A DNA stretch of 64,000 bases from Chrysomallon squamiferum. Lineage: Eukaryota > Animalia > Mollusca. The first letter of the stretch is position 1; each line of letters opens with the position of its first letter. Both the position numbers and the translations under genes were made by a program. The stretch spans positions 124,001 to 188,000 of the forward strand of contig CM022673.1 in the NCBI GenBank assembly GCA_012295275.1, given 5' to 3'. Below the pieces are notes generated by a model, which made no database searches, was not told the origin of the DNA, and saw only the letters and a list, made by a program, of their open reading frames with translations. Positions 12,601 to 23,777 of this stretch are shown here, in pieces.

Positions 12601-15600
12601 ATTTGATAAATGATACTTTTGCAGTCTCCTCCAATGGCAGGAATAGCTGAATATCTCTGCAGTGAGTTGCAGCATGAAACTATGTTTCAGGATAGAGGTA
12701 TTTATTTTATATACATTTTATGTACAGTAAGTTGCTGTTAATTTTATTATCATTATGTTTATTTCATTATTCCATGACACATAAAACTAATATAAATATG
12801 TATAAACACACCAACCTTTGAACAGTTATCAAGTTCTTTTTTGGTTGTTGGTTTTGTTTTTACACTGTAAATATTAATAGGTCTTGTGCTGTAAAAAGAA
12901 AATAATATAAAAGCAATTTGAAAATATTTAAACAGAAGTATTTTAAACATTATGTTCTAGAAATTACTGTGTTCTATCCATTCATTCACCTGTGATAATT
13001 TTAATTTTAACAGATTTGGTACAAGAAATATGTGTAGATTTGGTAAAGAATTTCAAAAACATGTATGTATAATTCTAATTGTAGATACCGTTAAAAATAA
13101 AATATTTGTGGTTGTTTCCCCATCATATTAATTTTTATATGTAATTTGATTTCTGTTAAAGTTTAGTATATTTTTAGAATATATTGATAATAATTTATTT
13201 ATTAACTATAATAATGTCAAGTTACACTGATATTAAATTATATCAATAGAAAATCAGGTACGTTTCTTGTCATTATTTTTTTTCCAGAGGTGTACAAACT
13301 GTTACCTCATCAGATAATCAGAATAAAATTATTGCTAAAGAAAGGTGTGACCAAGAGGTTCGGTGTGAGGATCATTCAGACAAAGGTAAATAAAAGTAAA
13401 ACAATATTTTTCCATCAAAAAAACAATTGTGAAACCATTTGTATCAGCATTTAGTAATTATTACTACATAAATCTAATTCATACTTAAATTCTTAATTAG
13501 TAAGAAAACAATTCAAAAATGGTTTTACTGAAAATATCCCACTAATCACATTTTCATTTATTAAAAACATGTTAATTAAATCAATCATTACTCTTATTAT
13601 TGGAGAGTAATGTGATTTGACCATTCGTTTTTGTTATATCTATACTCCAAAATCAAAGGTTATTAATTATTAAAATCCAGTCAGTTCTGTGTAAGGTACA
13701 AGATTTGAAAACCCTGAAAAGAAGATATATTTATTTGTATGATCTTTCTGGGTTTTTTTGTTATTAACATGATATAATATGCTAGCGTTTAAATCAGTCT
13801 TTTCCACGAACCTTTTTATTCAAGTGTACACATTTAACCACTGAAACTAACACATCACTTTTTGCATATAAAATGTTATGTTTTAATTAATACACTATGA
13901 AATTCTACATTAATGTAAGCAGTAGATTAAACTAATTTTTATTACTAAAATGTTAATAAAAGTATTTTATTTATTTGTTATAAGAAAATATAGATGAGGT
14001 GCCAACAGCAGAAATAATAATTTCACAAAATCTATTGACGTCAGAAGCTAAATGCAAACTTCAAATACATGGCGACCATAAATCAACACATTTACATGAA
14101 TCAAAAAATGAAAATATCAGAAGAGATCTGTGTAGAGCACTGCTTTTCAGTGAACCAAATAAAAAGGTTTCCTACAACACAAAACCTGTGCTATCAAAAG
14201 AAAATGACAAGAGACAAGAATGTGCTGATGCTCTGATACTTTTGGGACAAACTACTGGTAAGCAAGAAAATGAAACATTTGGAAGAAGAGATGTCAGAAT
14301 GTTAAGAGATACTGACACAGTGTTATTACATACCTCTGCTGGATCACAAGATGAGGACTATAGAAAAATGGTAAAAAAAGAGTCTTCTCCTGATGCTCTG
14401 ACACTGCTAGTACAGAATGACAATAATGAGGCAACCATGATAACAAAAAAAGCTGACTGTCTGACCAGTTTTGTTAACAATCCTTTACAACTGCATCAAA
14501 GAAATTTTAGAATGGAAAATGAATACCAAGTCAGAGATACCTATTCAAAACCAGGCGAAAGGAACTTTAGTTATTATCAGTTGAGGAAAACATCACCCAT
14601 GAACAATTATGCCAAGATGTGTGGTGAAAAACATTCAAAAGAACTGAAAATACCTGGTATTCGTCCACAGTCATCTGGATTTCATAGTCATTATTCACAA
14701 ATTTCAGCTTCTGCAATGTCACTTGATCATTTGCTGGAAAGTGACAGAAATGAGAGCAGATGTTTGGATGAATATACTTTTGTAACACCAAGAGATTACA
14801 AGAAGTATCAACGACCACTGGAAAGTCACAGACAAAACTTAGCTTTAGCCATACAGTCAGCAGCCCGTCCTTGGGGAAAGGACACACCTTTACCAGAAAG
14901 AAAAAAGGTTAAAAATATATATATATTTGTTACCTCATCATAAATAAAGCTAGTTTAAGTTACTTTAATGGCTTCTCATTTTAAAAGTTCCTTTTGTTTT
15001 AAATTTCTTAAAAAGTAATTTTAGTCACTTTTGACAGTTTAAAGGAAATATGTTGCTTTAGACCAATAGCAAAGGTGCATTAGTTTTTTTTATTAACAAG
15101 TTTTCCATATATCTTTTGCCATTGTTGAGATTTGCATACCTGTATTGATTGATACCATAAAAACTAAATGAACATTTTTATTCTTTAATTTAGCTTCTTT
15201 TTTTTCCACTTGTTTGAAGTTTAGAACTTATTTATTTGTTGAATCTGAACCTCCTTATATATATATCACTGTTACTATTTGTTTTCCAGAAGGCTGTTGT
15301 GACAGAATATCAACAACATCCTGAATTCATGCCAAGATTTCATGGAGATTTCTACAAAGATGCGTTACTGTTTCAAGATGATGTTTGGCCAAATGATGAT
15401 AGGCAATCAGGCCATTCTCTCACTAAACAAGCAGATGTAAGTCTTACAAAATGTCTTAACTTTGTAGTTTTACATAATGTCATTCTAAGTTCATATAGCT
15501 AATTAGCTTCACATTTGCAAACAGCATTGAAATTATGAGTGTAATGGAAAAAATAGATATTTTATGTCATTCTGAAAGTTGAAAACTTGTTATCTTCTTA

Positions 15601-15987
15601 AATGAAAGACTGAATTTGATCTATGTGTGTGTGTGTGTTTATGCATGTATGAGAATGGGAACAACTTCATACTGTAACATTTCCACACATAATAATAATA
15701 ATGATAATGTTAATATATACAATTAATGAAACATTTTATTGCAGGTGAATGAAAATATGGATATTCTGGAATATCTGGATCAAAGTCAGGAAACACACAG
15801 TCATTCAGTTGATGATGGTTTACATCGCCATAGCAGAATATCATACAGCAGAAAACTGCTGCAACCAGGATCTCCTGATTCAGATGGTTCTCCCACCTGG
15901 ATAGCACCAGATACATTGCAGCCATGGAAACCTAAACTAGATTCACCAGAATCACCTCAGAAAATGTACCCGCGAAGATTATACTGA
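9693..15987 (+). CDS. PRR19: PRR19-like protein (putative meiotic crossover factor), 13 coding exons, ~714 aa
   Basis: Exons 9693-9782, 10272-10334, 10670-10735, 11032-11083, 11384-11501, 11623-11778, 12248-12314, 12625-12697, 13014-13062, 13288-13385, 13985-14907, 15290-15436 and 15745-15987 all join in phase. Motifs RRRKTKTERDK, ISHSRLTRRLGIYNQSKTS, LQHETMFQDRDLVQEIC and terminal SPESPQKMYPRRLY* parallel, in order, recalled human PRR19 [48 protein letters not shown] and terminal SPEAWSFPPMRLY*. Confidence 0.75.
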
Positions 15988-16704
15988 ATACAGATATTTC
16001 ACTTCCAACAAACAAAATGCTGCTAGATGAAATAATCAAAGTGCCTCTGTGATATCTAAAAAAAATTGCTTTCAGAATCTTAAAACTGCAATCAAAGAAA
16101 ATCCCAGAAATCAGTTACTTAGTAATAGTGCTTTTGACTGCTGACAGAATGTAAGAGTTGCTGGCCAACATTTTGAAAAAAAGATTCATAAAAGTCATAT
16201 AATTCTGTAAAATTAATGTTTTACTTTATCATGTATCTCTTGTTATTTTACAATTTACATGTTAAATGTATGGTTAGTGTATATATATTATGCTGTGTAC
16301 TGAATCTTCTGTTGATACAGACAGGAATGATGTCCTTTTTTTGTTGTTTTTTGTTCTAATGTTAATAAAATTTGAAGCGATGTGACTTTATATTTAATTT
16401 GATAACTTCATAATCATTAATATCATATTTCATAAAACCAGTTAATTATACATGATCCTCATTATTAAAAATAAATTTCAATCTCATATATAATTAGGTG
16501 GGTTAGGACTAAATTTAGCAACTTCACAATGAATTAATTAATAATTGTTTTGTGGAAGTTTTATTTATTAGTTACTGTTGTTTTGTTTTTGTTTTTTGGT
16601 GGTTTTTTAAAATGTTTCCACTTTCAAAATTCTTTTATCAATCAATTTGTAGATCTGATCTTAATTAATACCCCTGTATTTTAACAACATTTTGATAATG
16701 TTCA

Positions 16705-19477
16705 TTATAAATTAGGTGGTTCTTCATCTGAATCAAATTCAGCTTCTTCATCTTTAATCCATTTACCATCCCAGTCTCTCTTCCATCCTGACCTATGAAA
16801 TAAAATTGGTTAAATATAACAACTTGTAACTTCTAGTACATTTAACTTGGAGTAAACATTGTTTTTTACATTCAAGGTAACATTTATTTGTTTTACCCTT
16901 TATGAAAATAAAAATATTTATAACAATGTAAATTAAATTAGAAAAGTAAAATCTGTTTCACAGAAAAATAGCTAGAAAAAGAAAAATAGTATTTTGATAT
17001 GTATCAAAACTTTCTGATCATACTCTAACCACAAATAAAGAGTATTATGTTTCTTTTACTAAAACAGAAACATAATATAATTCAAAAATGTTCTATATTT
17101 TCTTCTCACATTGATTCACTTTGGAGACTTACAGATAAAACAACCAAATGACTACACACTAACCCTCCTAAAAGCCAGTGTTTCTGACAATATTTTCTTT
17201 CATCTTCTTTAATGGCACTGGATGACAATTGTCTCTGTGTCTGATTAGTCTCAGGAACCAGTGTTTGTGTTGCATGTTTGTCAGTAATGTTAGAAGTATC
17301 AGTGTTACCCTGAAAAGTTTTTTCCTGTCCTCTACAAATTTGTGGGCATTTTTTGGCACTGGAATATTTCAAGTTTATTACAACTGGAGTTTGGTCTTTT
17401 TTAAATGGAACTGCATCCAAGATGGAATTGGTATTAGAGTCTGGCTGTCTTCTTTTTTTACTTAGATAAGGCTGGTGAGGTGCTGAGTCCCTGTCTGGTG
17501 GTGTTTGAAATATTTTGCTCAGCTGATTAAGATGTCTGACAGGGCCATCATTCTGCAATGTTATCATCTCAAGAAATTTACTATTCTTGGGGTTATTTTT
17601 CTTTTTAGGTTCATTATTTTTTTCAGATGTTTGACTTTTAACAGAAGTCTGTTGATTACCAGGTAAACTGTTCAAATGGACAGTCACATTGTCTGTGCTA
17701 GATGATTCACCATTTTTAAAATTTTGTTTTACTGAGATGTGATCAACTCTTTTAATTCCAAAAGGAGAAACAAGTCCAGGTATAGATGAAGTTTCAGCAA
17801 GATTTAATTTTGGCTTTCTGTCATATGGTTTTATTTTACGTTTCTTCACACGAGGGTCATATGGTATGCTGGAGCTAAGTCCCTTGTGAAACATTAGAGC
17901 CTATATTCAATATAAGGAGAAAATGTACAATTGTTTTTATTATTATTATTTGTTATTATTTATTTATTTAATATTCTTTAATACTATACTGTTTTACATT
18001 ATTTTATTTAGTTGGTCTATTCTTTTTACATTTTTTTTAAAGACAAAATATTAATAAGTAAATAATATAATTATTTAATAAATAATTTAAAACCATATTT
18101 AATATGCTTTTTTTTTTTTTCTAACATTTAATCACTTTAATGCTCTTCTGTTTTTTACTTTATTTTAAATTAAAAAAAATAATATTAACTTTAAAAAAAA
18201 AACGAAGGCGCAACTTAAACATATGCTTACATTAATAATGATACAACATAAAAATACAGAATATAAAATAATTTTAATAATGAAAATTGCATCTGAGTAT
18301 AATTAAAATTAAAATTTAAAAATAAAATTGCCTGGTTAATATTTGTTGTTCCATCTTTCAAAAACTGTTCATGTTTTCGTTTTAAAATTAAATTCTGCAA
18401 TTCTTGTTTTTCTTTCTGCTTTTGAGAAACACCTAAAAATAGAATTAATTTAAAATGAAGATAAAATTATAGATAGCACAAGGTAAACAGTAACATTATT
18501 TAAGCCTAAAACAAAGATTGAAAAAAACAACAACAGTTGATCAAATTATCTGTAAGTTTGAGTTCCTGAAGATGTGTTCTACTTGTTAAGATTCCCTAAG
18601 ACATATATAGTTTTACACATTATCTGCCAGAAAAAACAAATAAATTATAAAACATAAAACAGGAATTTTGATAAGATTGAAATTCTGATCTTAACACTGT
18701 GAGATTTAGATCATTATTTTAAAAATGTCTTACTTGCAAGATGTTTTTTCCCATTCCGATGGATACTAAGCATATTTACTGTATCAAACACTGGATGCCA
18801 TGAACACACAGTGCATGCAAGTCTATTTATAACAATAACAAAATAAATGATTAGAATAAACAAAAAATGATTGGCATGCAGTAAAAGAGTCTAAAAAATG
18901 TTTTTATGTTAGCTATAGCTCAAAACTATTTACAATGTAAAAGTATTATAAGGTCTCAGCTTTAAATTCATACGCCATTATAATGTTTATTGGATAACAC
19001 CAAACAGGAAATGTAGAATGAAGACATTTTTCTAGTATAATTTTACAAATTACATTCCATTTTACAACCTGCCATTGCTTAGAAGTGTTGCCTCCTCTTC
19101 TGGGATGTTGTCTGCTAAAAGATCTTTAATACGCCTTTGCTGAAAAATTATTTTCAAAATAATATTACACATTATGTTGCAGAGTTGTATTTACTTATTT
19201 ATTCATTTCACTTCATTCAGAATCTTTTATGAAGAAAATAAAATGATGATTTCTTTTCATGAAATAAATACCTTTGTACAATGTTACAAAATAAAACTTT
19301 TTAAAATTAAAATATTTATTTTAAAAAAAAATAATATAATAAATAAATAAATAAATATATTTTTAAATGTTTATTAAAATACATCTAAAATATATTATTA
19401 ACTACCCGAAATAACTGACATTAATCATATAATTTAATTATAATTTACAGTAATTTTGTAAATTCATAGTTTAACAC

Positions 19478-19519
<42 letters not shown>

Positions 19520-19626
19520 TACAATGAGATTCAGATTTAATCGAGCGTCAAGCAGAAAAAGTAAGTGTCACTAACTCTTAAAACATTGAACATATGTTTG
19601 TCATTGCCATCTCTTTTAAAAGACAT
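16705..19626 (-). CDS. SCNM1: Sodium channel modifier 1 (minor-spliceosome zinc-finger protein), 6 coding exons, ~378 aa
   Basis: Exons 19626-19576, 19139-19069, 18822-18734, 18432-18332, 17900-17164 and 16792-16705 give MSFKRDGNDKHMFNVLRQRRIKDLLADNIPEEEATLLSNGRLACTVCSWHPVFDTVNMLSIHRNGKKHL (matrin-type C2H2 finger) and the acidic C-terminus SGWKRDWDGKWIKDEEAEFDSDEEPPNL*. Confidence 0.93.
19480..19515. repeat. (TG)n microsatellite in SCNM1 intron 1
   Basis: Directly visible. Confidence 0.95.
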
Positions 19627-19883
19627 TTCAGACCAAAGAACATATACGACTCATCACCCGTTCGAAAACAGACTGTCCAAATGGGGATACCCAGATTCAC
19701 TGGCAATTCACCAATTAAAACCAAGAACACATATTTCGTTAAAGGAATTCCCAATATGAAGTCACACGAGACGTCAAACAGGTACTCGAGACATCCGGGC
19801 TACTTGCGCAATACGTATGCGCATTTGTACAGTTTGTCTGGTTGTCGAATCTGAGTAGCGACCGTCAAAACTATTTCTGAGAT
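19627..19883. promoter_or_regulatory. Putative bidirectional promoter between SCNM1 and CNOT4, including the first non-coding exon of CNOT4
   Basis: Locally CpG-rich segment between the SCNM1 ATG (19626, -) and a strong GAT|GTAAGT donor at 19884 (+). It contains CCAAT (19711), a CRE-like GACGTCA (~19770) and TGCGCA twice within a 19-bp near-palindrome (19805-19823). Confidence 0.6.
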
Positions 19884-21521
19884 GTAAGTTGTCCAGATTG
19901 TTTCTAAAACAAAACAGTTTTTTGATTACAGTGTGACGTTATTACTATAAAACATGTTAATATGTTCTGATATTGTTTTTTCATCTTCTAGATATCGGTT
20001 TTTGGGATTTGGAATGCCCTTGGCTTCGACAGTAAATTCAATAGGTCGGATGATTGGAAGTTTTTAACATGATTGAGTTGGAATAATGCCAAATATTAAA
20101 TATCAGATAGCTACATATAACCGAACAATTTATAGGTTTACATTTGTTTCAGATAAATATTATAGGGTGTTGTTATGTTTTGATAAAATACCGTTGATTA
20201 CACCGACTTCTATCGCCAGCTTGTTTAAGAAGGCGTTTCCTTCCACCTTCAGCATTCTTTTTTTTTCAGCAGTCTTTTAAAACCAATTTAGTTTCACATC
20301 CTGTTAAAACGACTAACTATCTGTTCAGTCAACTGTTATTTTTAAAATATACATATTTTAAATTAATAATTATAGAAATTTTGTCACGGTAAATTTCCAA
20401 AATTTAAGTAAGAATTGACTGCTACCAAAACATCTAATCCAAAAATAAAAAAATGTGTCAGTTTCTGTTTTGAGAGTATTTGGAACTTTAAAATTTAGAG
20501 TGAATCTTACCAGAACAATTTTGGGGGTATTTTTAGCATAAATATATTTTGCATAGAATTTAAAAAATTGTGGGTGACAGCTCTTTGTTTACATTTTTCA
20601 AGAAAGAAATGCTGACATTATTCAGCAAAATTTAATTATATGCATTTCAGTAAATGACTCTGCAGAAACTTATTTATTATAGAGATATCAAGTTTGCAAT
20701 CTATATTATTAAATTTATATAAAAATAATAATAATAATAAAGTAAAATCATACAGAATTACAACATAATTAAATATAAACAGAGGTTAACTAATTATTTT
20801 GATATACCATATAATTAGCAGAATATGAAAAGTGTTCTTCCAATTCCAAATACAAAGTGTTTAGCTAATTATATTTATTGAAACTGCAAAAAGATTTATA
20901 GTATAAGTTGTGTTTACAACTTAACAAATTATGAATTCAAAACATTTTTGATTGCATCTTAAGATGTATTTGGTTGGGTAGTTTTTCTTAGTTACTTCTG
21001 TTTTGAAGAATGATGTAAAATATAATAAAGAACTGTTTAAGATTACAGTTTAAAATGTTTGCATCTTTGTAGCACATATAATAACTTGTTTAAAAAAGTA
21101 AAAAGAAACAGTTTTGTTGTTCAAAAGGACTGAGATTACCTTTTATTTTTCATGTAAAAATAAAATACTAAAATGTAGCCATTAGTTTTATAACCAATAA
21201 AATAATATAAAATTGGATCTACAAACCATATAATTACTTGCGATAATTTACTGGATTTCTGTTCATTAGTGCATTTAAAAATGACATGGTTTAAAATTAC
21301 CAAATAGTACAAGAATATTAATGTAACTTTGAAAGTTGCATTACCTTTATAAATTTTCCATAAATTAAACACAAAATGAGTATTAAGATAAAATTAATCT
21401 GTGATAAAGTAAATGAAATTATTACAAAGACAGAATGTACATTTTGAATTTCTTTTTCTTTTTTTTAAATGCAGAAACATTTTGCTGAGTAGTATTTTCT
21501 TCCAAGTTGTGATAAATAACC

Positions 21522-23742
21522 ATGTCTGTAGGAGAAGAACAAGTTGAAGTAAGTTTTTGTTTTATTTTTATGAATCTGATATTTATTTTCTGGCTGTGTT
21601 TACTAATAAATAACATAAAAAAACATACAATGTTTGCATAGCTATACATAAGATTTCTTTTTTTGTTTTCTTACTAATATCTTTTATAACACAAATCTTT
21701 TTTTTCTTCTTTTATCTGGGATTCTTTTCATTTACTATTAATATCTACCAAGATAATCTTTGGTCTGCTAGATTGTGTAAAAGTATATTATTAAATTTTT
21801 CAGTGTCCATTGTGTATGGAACTTCTGGAAATTGATGATGTCAATTTTTTCCCTTGCACATGTGGTTACCAGGTATGCTTTATTGTTTTCTTTACAGTAT
21901 TGTTTGAACATGCATATAATTTAATGAACATTTTAAACTGTTATGTTTTCCCTAATGCTGTCAAGTAGCATTTAAATGTTTTGAGATGTGTTTTTGTTTT
22001 GTTAACAAATAAATAATGAATGTCAAATAACAATATTGATTGCTTTAATTTTTTATTTTTTTTTAGATTTGTAGATTTTGCTGGCACAGAATTCGAACTG
22101 ATGAAAATGGGTTGTGTCCAGCTTGTAGAAAGGTAATTTTTTGTGTTTAAACAACAGTTATCATAAAGTATCATATTATTCTTTTTGAATTGTGATTATA
22201 TAACATCAGTTTTGACTCATGACAAAAATAATTGGAAGATTAACTTTAAAAAAAAAAAAATATATATATATATATTATATAAACAGAATACGTTCTGTTA
22301 AGTAAAATTTATTTGAATATTTGTAAATAGTTTTTTTATATTTTATTATGGTTGTTAGATGTATGGGCTTTTTTTGTTTGTTTTTTTGTTATACTAATAA
22401 TCCTCTGTTTACATCTTAAGCAATACCAAGAAGATCCTGCTGAATTTAAACCCTTGACAGAAGATGAGTAAGTACTTGAAATAACTTGTACATGTGTAGA
22501 TTTTGTTTCTTTACAGTGTCAGTGAAAATCAGTTCATTCTGTTTTCATTATGAAAATGTCCATAAACTGATAGCATCCATTGTGTGTGTGTGTACATACG
22601 TACATACATCTTCAGAAATGTATAAATCCTGGTTCTAACTAATTTAAGTTCATTTCTCTAACCTCTTCATATTAATGTTTATAAAAATTTACTAAAAAAA
22701 CTGGTATTGATCTTCAGGAAGTTTAGACTTTTTAAAATTAATTTATACATGAAATTTTTATTTCCCATTGATTTAAATATATATTATAACTATGCAGGTT
22801 ACAAAGAATGCGCAAAGAAAGACGTCAGAAGGATGTTCAGAGGAAACAGAAGGCTGCCGAGAACAGGAAGCATTTAGCTAATGTCAGGTATTTAGTAAAA
22901 CAAAAGTGATTTTGAAGACATTTGCTGTTTTTTTTTTTTTTTTTTTTTTTTTTATAAATATCTGAAAAGAAAAAACAAATTAATTTTGTCTTTATTGGTT
23001 TTATCGCTTGTCATTCGACTTCTGTATATAATTCTGATACTATACATATTAAGATCTAAATTTGTCCAGTTTGAATATCAGTTTCTTTTTGGTTGGATTC
23101 TAATTTATTTTCCAGGGTTGTGCAAAGAAACTTAGTATTTGTGCTTGGCTTGTCCCAGCGTCTTTCGGATCCAGAGGTTTTGAAGAAGCACGAGTATTTT
23201 GGAAAATTTGGGAAAATCCACAAAGTTGTGATAAATCAAAGTACCACCTATGCTGGTTCCCAGGTTCATGTATGTTCGTTGTGCATGTTTTGTAGTTATG
23301 GTTAAGGTCAAGCAGAAACTTTGGAAGATATCATCACAGAGACAGTGTGTCTCTTTGTAAACTCAATTGATGGTTTATCTGTTTTTGTTAATTGCATGAT
23401 TTACTGTTAAAACGTTTTTTCACACCTTAATTTTCTACCATTAAAGAAATAATTCCTACATTACCTTGAAGAAAATGTATTATGAGTAATCACAGGAGAT
23501 CAAGGCTGAATTAAACTTCAATGTTATAATTAGTTATTACAGCCACTAAATACATTGCATGGTTAGTTTTACATAACATTAATAATTAAAAAAAAAAAAA
23601 AAAAAAAAAAAGTGAAACTGCATTGAGATTAATTATGAAAATTTGTGCATGTTTATTTTAATCAAGATTTTAAAATTGTTTTTGGTGTTTTTTATTTTAT
23701 TTTTTTAAATTATATTTGAACATTTTATTTACACATACTGTG

Positions 23743-23777
<35 letters not shown>

